DNA from: Dimorphilus gyrociliatus
Taxonomy: Eukaryota; Animalia; Annelida
DNA: 64,000 nucleotides
Assembly: GCA_904063045.1 (NCBI GenBank)
Contig: CAJFCJ010000001.1
Location: 1,798,001-1,862,000 of the forward strand
Direction of reading: 5' to 3'
A program made the translations under genes and the position numbers. Under the pieces are notes generated by a model that saw nothing but the letters and a program-made list of their open reading frames with translations, was not told where the DNA came from and did not search any database. Shown piece by piece: positions 24,380 to 37,301 of the stretch (the first letter of the stretch is position 1; the number at the start of each line of letters is the position of its first letter).

Positions 24380-25922
24380 ATTTGATCTAATAATCTTTAC
24401 GATATTAATGACTGAAAAAGAAACGCAATAAACAGTCAGTCATTACTGAATAAATAATCACAATCTTTGGAAAGTCAGAAATGGACTTTCTTTAACAGAT
24501 TGATCAAAGTTGTTTGATCAACATTGTATTTCACGTTTTGCATTAAACTTAACATTTTAATAATCTTTCACGCAATTTTAAAAATTAACATACTCACCAT
24601 GAAATCTTAACTAGATATACTTGATTTAACGTTTTGATTTTATGAGAGAGTTGTCACGTCATATCTATTCGACTAGCTTTCGGGGTAAAACTCACAGCAA
24701 CTAAATGAAAACTGGTAAAAACTGGCCTATCTGTATGCTTCAAATCGATTTTAATTTATGGTTACTCTCTTTCTTCATAACAAACACATGATGAAGTGAC
24801 ACAAGTGAAGAGAATTTAAGACGTTAAAAAAATCTTATCCAGAAATTCCTAATTCATATATTTTGTATTTAGTCCTTAAGGAAATGACTAATATATTCTT
24901 GTTCTTAACTCCAATCTCCTGCCATACTTGAGTTTTCTTTAAAACTGTAGGAAAAGTATTATATAACCATAATTTTAATTAATAAAATATAATTTTATTG
25001 TTTGGAAGCTTTATAACTTTTGTAATTATATTCTGTTCTAAAGTTCTAATTTCAAACGTTTAAACAATTGATACCTTTCATTGTCATCTCTTCACGACTA
25101 TTATCTAATCCTTGGGCTAAATCCTATTGTTTCCGAAAATTATTCATTGGGAGAGCATCGTGTATTATAGTATGCACAAAGGTAGAGATAGGGATAGAGA
25201 TAGACATGGAGGGACAGATAATGACAGAGAAAGAAATACAGAAAAGTAAGAATAGCATGTTTGCTGTTTAAAGTATAACAAGTGACTGCCAAGCTCTGGG
25301 CATTTTATTATTGAATATATATTGTATTTTTATAAAATAGTGTGTTTATTACCTTCTTCCTCAAACATATTGAAACTAACAGCTGATTTCTAAGTATATA
25401 CAATAATTATATTAACAATATAATAGCTTTAGTTTATTGCTGTCATCTTGCACTTAATAATAGAAATAGGGTAATAATTTTAAATACACTAATACATTTT
25501 AATATTTTCAGCGAAAAATCTTCTACTTGAATATTTTATATTTAAAAGTTTGAAATTCTCTAATTTTTTGCAACAGGTAAATGTTTTATTTATTTATTTA
25601 TCTTTGCATTGACAATATGATTTCTGAACCTTTTTTAATACGTATTTTTTTTAACTTTAAACAAATTGAAGTCATTCTTTAAATAATTATTAGCATACTA
25701 TGCTCATATTGAATTGCTGTTTAATATTCTTGCTGTGTTGTTATACAACTGATGGGCAAAACTCTCATCGATGAACAAGAAAACTGGTAAAGATGAGGCC
25801 TATCAGTCCCTTGCTTATCTTTGAAGATCGATAGCTTGATTGGATGACTATTAGGATACGTTTAATGTGACAAATTCTCGTAATCATATACTATTCCCAA
25901 TTCTCATATTGGGCTTAGGGTA

Positions 25923-28900
25923 ATGAATTTCTCCGAAGCTATTAAAAGAAATATCAGCCAACAATCTGGCGAGAACATATATTCGTCAATAGTACAATGC
26001 TTCAGTGTAATATTCATCGGCTATATCTCAGCAAGGGCACATTGGATAACGGATACTCAAGTCGGAGGCTTGGGAATATTCGTGTCAAAATTTGCTCTTC
26101 CAGCTCTTCTGTTCCAAAATATGGCAACATTAAATTTTTCTTCAGTTAATTGGACATTTCTTATTAGTATTCTTATTTCTAAAAGTGCCGTTTTTATTTT
26201 AATAACAATTTTTGGGTTAATTGTAACGAGACCAATAAACTTTGGAAAGTGTGGAATTTATTCAATTTTTGCAACACAAAGTAACGATTTTGCACTGGGC
26301 TATCCAATTGGTTAGATAAATGAGATAAAGCTTATGCATATTCTAATAAACTATCTTTCTTTTGCAGTTTATGCCCTCTATTCAAAAAGTCATCCTGAAT
26401 TTATTAATTATATTTACCTTTTGGCCCCTATTTCCGTTGCTTTATTAAATCCTATTGGATTTTTTTTGATGGAACTTCAAAAACGTCGAGAATCTGGTAG
26501 TTTATCTCCAATAAACTCTTATTGACTTACTAATCAAATTTTATACAGACGACAGACAAACAGGATACTGTCTGATTATTTTTAAAGTGTTTGGTGGAGT
26601 TCTCATTAATCCTATTATTTTCATGACTGCTTTGGGACTTAGTGCAAATCTGCTCTTTCAACGGGAATTACCAGGAATTTTAGGGCATATCTTAAAAGTT
26701 TTAGGTAAAACAATTTAAAAATATTTTAACTACTTCTGTTTAATAAAACTACTATTGTTATCATCTTCTAGGTAATTCTTATAGCGCTTGTGCTCTATTT
26801 TTTCTTGGTCATAGTCTCTCTGGAAAAATGAAAGACCAATTGGGAATGAAACTGCTTATGGCTGTTTTGCTAATAACATCAAAAATGTTATAATATAAAT
26901 AGATCTCTATTAAAAAGGGAACGATGTCTATAATTTCTTTTTTTATATATAACAGGCTAATTCTACCATTGGTTATAAGAGAAGTAGTTGCTAATATTAA
27001 TAATGGAAATTCATCCGAAACGGTTGACTACTCCACTTATGGATTCTTATACGGGACATTTCCAACAGCACCAACTGTATTTTTGTTTGCTTCTCAATAT
27101 GAAATAGAAGTTGATCTAATTGCAACTGCAATGGTTGTTGGTACTTTTCTATCAGCTCCACTGATGTTCGTTTCGGCTAAGATGATAACTTTACCAGTAG
27201 CAAAATTAAGCAATTATGACCAATTTATATTTACTTCCTCTTTTGATGTGGCTTGCGTTGGATTAGGATGTTCTGTATGTACTCGAATAAGTATTCTGTA
27301 CATGTTTTACTTTCAAATTTTTACAGGTGTGGGTTTTTGTAGTGTTTCTATTAAACAAAAGGAATAGAAGTTTTCCTCATCAAATAACTCTAATTCTAAC
27401 ATTTTTCCAGGTAATATTTAATCTCTTTCGTATTAACAAAGCTATGTTATATATTCTATTGTTTGAAAATTGTTTTAAATGTAATATTACAGGCTGCAGG
27501 CTGCATATCAATGATGACCTATAAATCAGTAAATCAGAATACTGCTTGGCAGCATTATCTTCATTTCATATGGTATTCGTTTTCCACTCTTGGTGCGAGA
27601 ATATTTGTCTCTGTTCTAGCAATTTCCCTGCTATTCTTACGTATGAAAAGTGTATGCTATGCTTTAAAGAAAAGAATTTACTTATATTCAGCTGGCTTAG
27701 GGTGATTACGTGCTTATACATGTACGTGCCATTACGAACAAATAATTGTCAATTATTTCTATTGAACAGTTTGCCGCTGGCCTTAACTGGGATACTTTTA
27801 ATTTTTGGCAAGAAAAATTCAGCAGCCAAACTACCCCAAATATCTTATGGGCCTTTACAAATTTGGTTAAATATTGGAGTTTTATCAATTAGTCTTCTCA
27901 TTATTATTTCGTGTGTCGTTATTCATTACCGGTGTTCATCAAATAGCCCACCTGAAAATACATCCCTAGGGCCACGTCAAAATGTTACCAGTGATTCCCA
28001 AAGACCACTTTTATGTTCAGATAGTTCCGACCAACCATCGATTTTAGATAATCTCCAGGATGATATAAGCGAGGAAGAGCTGGAGAAGTAATTTTATGAT
28101 TAAAAATAAGTTCAGCTAATAATGATTTTTTTTCAAACGAATTCAGTAGTGCATTTTCCATCAATAATGAAACTGCGCCCATGGTTTTGCCAATAGAAGA
28201 AAATGAACCTTCAAGAAGAGAATTTCAAAGTATTGAAGATATTATACCATTCCCACCGAATTTGAGGAGGAATACTCGTCATACTAGCCTTATTTCTGAG
28301 CGATCTTGTGAAAATGCTCGATGCTCTGAAGAACAAAGAAGAGAATGTCAACGATTAGTTAGATCATTAGAAAGACCTGTTACGTTATCAGAGAGTGGCG
28401 ACACTTATCAATTTGTCCGCCACGTTATACTTGTTCTCTTTCTATGCCTGCCTCAACTAGTAGTAAGTATTACAAATACATTTTTATATCTATAAAGTTA
28501 GCAATTGTTGAATTAATCATGACATAAATATTTAGTGCTTATCCTTAAACATATGGAGACTAACAGCTAAGTGGACAAGTGGAGCGTTTGTTGAATTGGA
28601 ATTCTTAGACGCAGTATTGAATTACGGCCAAGTACTTATTTTCAAAATCATTTTATTGTATATCTCGTATTTCTTGTGTAAAGATTAAGTATTCATGAAT
28701 TTTCAGGGAGCTTTTTCATTTTGTGTTTTTGGTTTCGATAGTCATATGGTGTTGGAACCTTTCATTCGCAGGTTGGGTACTTGATATCACTTGATACGCT
28801 TTTTTATTTTTTAACTATTCAAACTATTCAAAACATGATCCATACACAACGAATATTCAGCTATATATATTAGTAATATAACTATATATCTATATATATA

Positions 28901-29823
28901 TATACAGTATATAATCATATTTCTTTACAATAATATTTATGACTGTCACAAAAAGTAGAAATCGTGTTCTTTTTTTAATCGAAAAACGTTTACGCTGGTT
29001 AAAGATCACTTTTTTTCAGTTGTTTTACCAAATCTATTGAAAAAAAAAAGTAAAGGAGATTAAATATTTTTTACATGGATAAAAGTAATGAATATTCTAT
29101 GTTTCAACTTTAATTTTCACCTATTCACACTAACATGTCTAACAATAGGGTGCATAATAGCTAAATTATTCATCAAGTATTAGTTATTAGTGGTAAAGTT
29201 CATATTAATACAATGCAAATTTGCTGTTTCTTATAGATTTGACAAAAGATGCCGTAATTGCTTTCCATTTAACAATTACAGGTTATTCATTGTTGTCAAT
29301 ATTAGACTTTGTAGCTTAATATTTCACACTTCCCTTTTCTGTTGTTGTTTTTAGCAATATTACATTCACTCAATTTAAATATTTTTTCATTCAATTTCTC
29401 ATAAGATGGAGAAAATGGTTGTATGGCAGCGAAGTTATCAGACCAGCATCCAGACGATATTTAGATCCTGTTACGAAACGTAAATGTGACCAATTCTCTC
29501 AATATCATTTGGAAACGTGCAAAAGAAATATTGCGAAAGATACAGCGTATGCGGACAATTAAATAGCATAGTCAATAACTCAAAAAAATTTTTTGCTTTC
29601 CAGACGAGATGGAACAACATGGAGAAATTCTTTTAGTGGAAAAGCTCTGGTAACATGGATACTTAATATAGGATTGGCCGCCGATAGATTTGATGCTAAA
29701 CAATATGGAAGACGTTTATTAAGAGGAAATGTAATTGAACACATTGAAGGAGAAAGAGACTTACACGATGAAGATCATCTTTATAGGTTTACTGATGCTC
29801 AGGATGAAGAACACCCTGCATAA
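25923..29823 (+). CDS. GPR155: GPR155/LYCHOS: PIN-like transporter domain, GPCR-like domain and DEP domain
   Basis: Motifs IVQCFSVIFIGY, FVSKFALPALLF, FATQSNDFALGYPI, LINPIIFM, FLYGTFPTAPTVFLFASQY and ELEFLDAVLNYGQG; C-terminal DEP FSGKALVTWIL...YGRRLL...HLYRF. Confidence 0.93.
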
Positions 29824-31280
29824 GACATTTCAAAGATGATTATAATTTATTAGTAATTCTCTTCAGCTCGTTTAATTTATTTAAAGTTTAATTTGAAATA
29901 CAATACCACGATAACTGATATATTGATTAATAACACACTAATTGAACAAAACAATTTATGGTTTTGTTTGGAATTACAGTGTACTTTACATCAGTTTATT
30001 AATTTTATCTATTCTACAAACTTTGGAATTGACTATGAAACTAAGGCAATTGAAAGCTTTTCAATTAATATTATGCTATATGTTTGCAAACTTTGCATAA
30101 TCTTTCTTTGTTTTACATTATGAAAATGCAACGTTACAGTTCCCTTCTTATTTGATTTCTACTTTTCCTAGCTCTTAAAGATAAGATATTTAACAATAGA
30201 GTGAAACTTTCACTTTGCAAAAATCTGCTATTAAGTTTTTGCAACAGGTAAACAATGCAAATTGTAAGTTGACTATTATCAAAGTTACGCATTAATTCAT
30301 TCAGAGTTCAACTGAAACGCCCCATATTACAGCTGACGTTGCATTTCCATACACGGAGCTTAGACGCATAAAGCCCTGACCAGTGCTTGAACTCCTACTT
30401 GTAGTGAACATTTGGGTCGTACGATTACTAGCACAAGTGTATATAAAGACCGCATACACCATATATTTATATAAGAAGGTTCGTGAGGAACGACAGCTAA
30501 TATGCTTGGTGAGTAATATTGCACTTCGTCAATGGTACAACCTATATTTTTCATAAATCTAAAAATATTATTTCTAAGCAGTCAGATAAATAGTGTTACC
30601 TAATTTAAATATCTAATAGTTTAAAACTACTAATCATGTACAAATCTATGCAATTTTGCTAACTTAAAATTAAACAATATACGAAATTTGAAAGAGTACT
30701 TAAATTAGGTCAGATTATTTTGAACTGGATACAAGATAAATTACTTATTTAAGCTATGCATGATAATTTTAATGGGTGTATGTAATGCATTATACGAAAT
30801 TGAGCTAGGGTATAGAAAGAAAATAAGAAGTACTTTAAACCATTCAAAATTTTTAAATGACAACATTTTAAGCGATTTGTTGGAAAAAAAAACTCTAATT
30901 ACTTATAAAGCTGTGACTACAATTAAAAATCAACTGCAGTTTATGAGAAAAGTGATTTACACCCAAATTCATAAAAAAAAACTTTCGCGTACATTCGCAG
31001 AGCACGTACTCACACAAAAAAGTGTAAACTGGTGGTTATGAGTACTATCATGAATGTACTTATTATACTCATTTTGGATTAGAAAACACTGCTGGTGAAA
31101 CAATGGCTGCTCACGGAGATAACAATTTATCAAAACGACTTTATAATTCAGGCCAAAGAGAATATGAACTAGTGAAGAGAAGGAGTAAATAATTTTCTTT
31201 TAGCATTACCATTAGAGATATAAATTTTGAAGTATCTTTTTGTAAAGCTTTGTTTTTTGTTTACTTTTACGGTTAACTTA

Positions 31281-31310
31281 ATGTGGGGTGGGGAGGGGAA
31301 AATGACGTCA
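31281..31310 (+). promoter_or_regulatory. G-rich Sp/KLF-like box followed by a perfect CRE (TGACGTCA), upstream of the aquaporin
   Basis: gtggggtggggagggg at about 31283-31298 and TGACGTCA at 31303-31310, in an AT-rich background. Function is untested. Confidence 0.4.
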
Positions 31311-31634
31311 AGGTCTCCCATTTTTAATAAAAATTTGCTCAATAATACTCTCAATACAAATACATTTTTTAATTTTTTTCAAAGAATTGGACTGCGCGAT
31401 TCTAATAAAGCGCCACCTACACAAATACAGTACTCTAATTTAATTGGTCATAAAAATAGAATATGTATTCATATAATACGAAGTATATAAGATAGAAAAT
31501 CATGCATTCGAAAATTTGAAAAGAGCTGGTATTCGCAAAAACTAGAAATTTGAAAAAAATAACAATAAATAATAATTTCTTTCTTATAATTTATATTTAC
31601 AGATAGAAGAATAAGTTCTTTATCAAATTCTCAA

Positions 31635-32817
31635 ATGTTTCAACCCTTGAAAGATAAGCAGTTTTGGAAGGCAGTTGCAGCTGAATTTATTGCTGTAGCT
31701 ATTCTAATTGTTGTTGGATGTAGTACAACAAGAGCAGTAGAAGTTCCCGGTACTACAGTGTCTCAGTCTAATATCTTGCGAATTAGTTTTGGTAATTATG
31801 ATATTTGTTTTATTTAAATTATTTTATAAAATAATTAACATTTTCTTTTTAGGTTTTGGATTGACAGTCGCTGTTTTAGTGTCAGCTACGGCCCATATTA
31901 GCGGTGGGCATTTAAATCCCGCCGTTTCTTTTGGCTTATTAATTGCGAGAAGATTTTCGTTTGTAAAATTTTTAATATATTCCCTTGCTCAGATATGCGG
32001 TTCGATCGTTGGAGCCGCAATCCTAAAGGGAGTACAAGGCGAAGTAATTGGTGTAAATGAACCAGCTGATGGCGTTAGTTCTAGCAGATCTTTTGGCATT
32101 GAAACTGTAATTACGTTTGTCTTAGTGTTTACCGTGTTATCCTGTACTGATTCAAGACGTTCTGATTCCGTAGGTTGGTACATTATGAACTTGTTTAAGT
32201 ATCCTATAAGAGTTTGGAATATTACATTAAAGTAGAATTCTTTTATTCAAAATATTCCAAGGCTTTTCCTAAATCAGTCACTAAGTCTGTCTGATAGAAA
32301 AAAAGTATGTATGCATAAAAGGGTTTTTAAAAACTTTAACAAAATCATACAAACGTATTGTTAGATATCAAACAACTCTATGTTGAAGCTGTCAAAAATT
32401 TGACCTAGATAAATCAGATTTTAAATTTATCAAATCCTACTTTCAGCTCCTGTTCCCCTGTTCGTTGGCCTTGCCATTACATGCTGCCATTTGTTTGCTG
32501 CTGATGTTAGCGGTTCTGCAATGAATCCTGCTAGGGCCTTAGGGCCATCAATCATCGCTTCTAAATATAAAGACCATTGGGTTTATTGGGTTGGAGGATT
32601 TTTGGGAGCCTTCATTGCTGCTGTTGTCTATGAATATATGTTAGCTCCAGATGCCAGTATTGAGAAGGTGAAAAACGTTTTCGCAAGAAAATCATTGGAC
32701 AGTGACAGCCAGCCTGAAAAATCTTCTGATAAAAAAGATAATGATCCCATGAAAAAACGAATAACTCCTACTGCCGGAAGTAAAACGGAACTTCAAACTA
32801 TTAGTACTGAAGATTAG
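31635..32817 (+). CDS. Classical water-type aquaporin (AQP4-like), 3 coding exons
   Basis: Motifs FWKAVAAEF, GGHLNPAVS, ETVITFVLVFTV, GSAMNPARALGP and HWVYWVG; ar/R filter residues F, H, S and R. Confidence 0.93.
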
Positions 32818-33841
32818 AAAGTCTGATAAAATGTTTTTAAGATCATTTAACCCTTTTCAAGAATATTTTGTGCTATTCAATTAACTAGCAGATTCTATAC
32901 CTTAGTTTTTATGAAAAATACACAGCAAAAACAGGAGTATTAATACTTCACTTTATCAAATTTACCGTTTATATTCAGCATACAATGGAAGAACCTTTTG
33001 ATAGTTACACATATGGATTTAAGTTTATAAAGGAAACGTTGAAATCCCTCCCTTACTTATAAGATTGTATAATATTTAAGAGTAGCCTATTAATTTAAAC
33101 ATCCGAAGAGAGTAAGAATCTAAAAGAGGACTGATTTCAATAATAGGCAAAGTTTCTTCTCGCATATTCTTCTTAGTAAAGGAATACTTATGAAAACTGC
33201 TAAACAATACAAAAAAAAAATGTTAATTCAGTAACTAATATAGTTATTCTCTATATGTGGTAGCTTTAAAACTACTTTTTAATTACTTTTCCTGTTCGCA
33301 TTTTGAATTTCAATAATATACAAGTGATAAATTAAAAATATATATAAGAAATGTCAACTGTTGCTATTCAAATGTATCAATTTTGTTTTTCGTTTTTTGT
33401 GATAGGAGAATAAAAGATAGTCCTTTCATGAAAAATAAAAAAGACCTTTTGATGACGTATAATTTTCAATATTAATTATGTTTGAAATTAATATGACTTG
33501 GTTTGTTTGATATATTGAATAAAGGAGATAGATGCATAAAATGGTATTAATTTTCTTTTGAAATTATGACAATAATAGTACTTTTATTTCATATAATACT
33601 TGTATACTAATACATTAGTTGTTTATTTAAATTAAACAGTGTTGCCGTATTCAAAACTTTCCCCATTCATAAGCACATTTTATGTAATGGAAATTTAACC
33701 AAATATTTTTCGTTAGCATTTGCGTATTTTTATTTTTAGCTATTTTATGAAGGGAAGTACATTGACTTTTCTAATCTATCAACATTGGATAATTCTGAAT
33801 AATTCATAATCAAACTCATAGTAATGGCAATGCTAGTTTGT

Positions 33842-36588
33842 TTAATTGGCAAATATATCGCCCATTGGTATCCAAATATTTTTCACTTGGGTTGTATGAT
33901 ATAAGAATTCTTCACCAGCACCTTGTTCGTCATTCGACCAGTTTCTCTCTTTGCCGTAGTTTACCCATGTTCTCTTAAGGTTTACCGCCGACTCGTACTC
34001 AACAAATTTCGATCCTAATGCTCCTCCAAAATACCACATGGCTTCGACATTCTGATGTTCAGCTAGATATTTGGTAATATGATCTTTGTTTCCAGTCAAA
34101 ACATTTACTACCCCAGCTGGTACATCTGATGTTTCTAGAACTTGAACTAGATCAATAGCAGGAATAGGGAATTTATCACTAGCTGCCATCACGACTACAT
34201 TTCCTCTTACTACAGCTGGAGCTAATAGTGAAATAAAGCTCAACAGTGGTTCCTCATCTGGACAGCTAATAGCTATCAATCCAACTGTAAGAAAAGCAAG
34301 TGTATCATTTGCAGAGTAAATGATGTAAACAACTCAATTGTACACCTACCTGGTTCGTGTATTTTGACTGTAGCCCCGTAAAGAAGTGTTTCTTGTACAG
34401 TTCCACCATACTTATCTGCATAAGCACTCCAGTAAAATAATCGTTCAATACTTTTGTCAACTTGGAGAAGAGCATCTTTCTCACTAACGCCTGTCAATTG
34501 TTGTAACATTTCAGAAAACTCGTTTCTTCTCAATTCAAGATTTTCAGCTAAATAGTAAATAATCTGTGCTCTATTATGAGCAGCTCTCTTTGACCAGCCA
34601 GGCAAAGCTTTTTGGGCAGCTTCGACAGCCTCACGTACATCTTTTCTGTTAGAGTCAGATACTTGAGCAATCATCTGACCGCTTTTGGTGTAAACTGGTC
34701 TACTATATTGTCCATCAGGTCTTTTTTGGCCACCACTATAAAATAATTTGTAGGTTCTGTCTATTTTAGGATTTTTTGTCGAATCAGCTGCTGTTGGTAA
34801 TTTCGGTAGCCCAGGAACAGGCTTTCCAAATTCGCTGACATTCTCCGTAACCACAGGCCGACATCTTGTCTCCCATGACGGCTTTGCGTACTCATATAAA
34901 CCTTCTTTCCCACCGTCTCGTCCATAACCGCTTTGGCGGTAACCACCAAAGCCAGCTGCAGCATCGAACATATTATGGCAATTGATCCAAACTGCTCCAG
35001 CTTTAATAAGTAAGGCAACTTCTAAATTTAAAGAAGTTTTCTCGGTCCAGACACTAGCAGCTAAACCAAATTTGGTATTATTCGCTAGGGAGACTGCCTC
35101 CTTTGCAGTTCTGAAAGGTAAAAGAACCGCTACTGGTCCAAAAATTTCTTCTAAAAATACTGTCGATGCTGTTTGAACGTTCGTAATAAGAGTTGGTGGA
35201 TAAAATAGACCAGTTTCTGGAAGTTTAATATCCGGCTGAAATACTTCGCCACCTTCATCGATTGCCGTTTGGACATACTTTCTTATCGTAGTCAATTGAC
35301 TCTCGTCGACTAGAGCTCCCATATCCACTGCTTTATCCAAACTATCTCCAACTCTCCAATGGGATAATCGTTCCTAAATGAAATTTTGTTAATTATGAAG
35401 AAAATAACAGACGTTAGATTTGTTTTTACCTTAAGCCGCTTTAAAAATGTATCGTAAACTGTTTCTTGAACAAAGATTCTTGATCCTGCACTACAGACTT
35501 GTCCTTGATTGAACCAAATAGCATCGACGATACCTTCAACAGCACTATCAAGATCAGCAGATTCGAAAACAACAACAGGAGATTTTCCACCAAGTTCTAG
35601 TGAAATCTTTTTTCCCGTTCCAGCAGTTAATTTTCTTAAAAGCTGCCCAACTTCAGTAGAACCAGTGAAAGCAACCTTATCGACATCATCGTGACTAGCT
35701 AATTTACTTCCGAATCTTCCATTTCCCGTTACAACGTTGAAGACACCGTCAGGTATACCTGCTTCTTTAGCGATTTCGGCAAGTAATAGGGCTCTGTCAG
35801 AATTTTATCTATTGAATGTTTAGAAATAAAATCTAATTGCTATTTATTACGTCAATCTGGTGTAAGATGCTGGCTTAAGAACAACAGTATTTCCCATAGC
35901 TAGAGCTGGAGCTATTTTCCAAGTCAAAAGCATAAGTGGAAAGTTCCAGGGTACTATAGCACCAATGACACCGATTGGCTTCCAGTTTTTCATTTCAACA
36001 TCTTTAAGTTGAGCCCAACCAGCGTAATGATACAGGTGGCGAACGATTAAGGGCACATCGGCATCTCTAGTTTCCCTGATCGGTTTACCGTTGTCCAAAC
36101 TTTCAATAACACTCAACAATCGTTGATGCTTTTGAACATGTCTGGCAAAGCTGAAATATTAAAAACGCAATTAAATTTTGAAGACAAACTTATACAATCA
36201 TTAAGCTGGAACCTATAAAGGTGACGAGCTCGAATATGATTAGGTAAAGTGCTCCAAGTTTGGAAAGCTTTTCTAGCACAGCCAACCGCATATTCAACAT
36301 CTTCATCTGCTCCTTGCATAGTTTCGGCTAATTTTTCACCATTTGCGGGATTTTTTGAGAAAACATACTCTCGACCTTCCGGTTTATACCATTTTCCATC
36401 AATAAAATGTCCGAATTTTCTATCATGTTCATCTAACCATGCCTGTTGAAAAATAGAACGATATTGCATTTATGAACCGGCTTTACAGCATTAAACATTA
36501 CAAATGCATTCTTGGGATCTTCTGGTGCAGGACCGTAGGACATTTCATCAAATATTCTTTCAACTAAATTTGCTGCCGATGCTGACAT
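33842..36588 (-). CDS. ALDH16A1: Aldehyde dehydrogenase family 16 (full ALDH domain plus truncated second ALDH domain)
   Basis: N-terminus [24 protein letters not shown]; motifs [29 protein letters not shown] and EEIFGPV; second domain [16 protein letters not shown] ending [13 protein letters not shown]. Confidence 0.92.
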
Positions 36589-37022
36589 TGTAAGGAAAAA
36601 CAAGACGCCTTTCTGAAGATCTTTTCAGACTAGCGTGTCAAAGGTCGAAAGCGGAAATTCAAGACAGACTAATTTTCGCAATATCAAAGTCCATAAAACG
36701 CGGGAAATTTAAATTAGTTTTTATAGGTTCCGTCTTTATAAATAAGATAATTATTTTAAAATTATGATTTTAAATAACTTTTAGGAGAAAAAATCATATC
36801 TGAAAGTTCAAGTTGAAGATCTTTAGCTGTCTCTGAAATGAGAGAGGCAACTTTAACATCAATTCTAATTAACATATTAAGAATCCTATGTGAAAATTTT
36901 GCTACCCGAAAATATTTCTTTTAAGCATTATTCTGCCGTGATATCTTATCTGGGTGATATTATCTTTATATTTATATTATAGAAAATTTTAGGCATTTTT
37001 TGAAATTTCCCGCCAACTCTGT

Positions 37023-37034
37023 GTTGCTAGTAAC
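37023..37034 (+). promoter_or_regulatory. X-box (RFX-binding site) upstream of IFT57
   Basis: GTTGCTAGTAAC matches GTNRC(C/T)-N0-3-RGYAAC and lies about 270 bp 5' of the IFT57 ATG, before a 5'UTR intron. Confidence 0.6.
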
Positions 37035-37301
37035 AACGATGAAAGTAATCGGTGAACTGATAAAAACCGGTCGAATTCTTTCGAAGCGAATACCAGGCGG
37101 CTTCAAATTCGATCGCTCTTCTCGATTAAGAATAATTCAAACTTGTAAGTATAAAAAGCTATTACATTTTCTGTCAAAAGTAAATATTGTTCTTTAGATT
37201 CACAAAAATTATTTAAAATTAAAGCTGTTTTTAATATATTTTTCATTTCAAACAGATTCTCTTTTGGATCATTCATATCTGTTGCATATTTTGAATAGAA
37301 T

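Noticed and set aside
25171-25250. Purine-rich stretch encoding MHKGRDRDRDRHGG... (RD-like micro-ORF)
   Set aside because: Only about 25 codons, derived from low-complexity AGAGAT repeats, with no supporting exon structure.
30290-30560. Relatively GC-rich island between GPR155 and the aquaporin
   Set aside because: No convincing ORF, RNA fold or repeat. It may be regulatory, but nothing specific is supportable.
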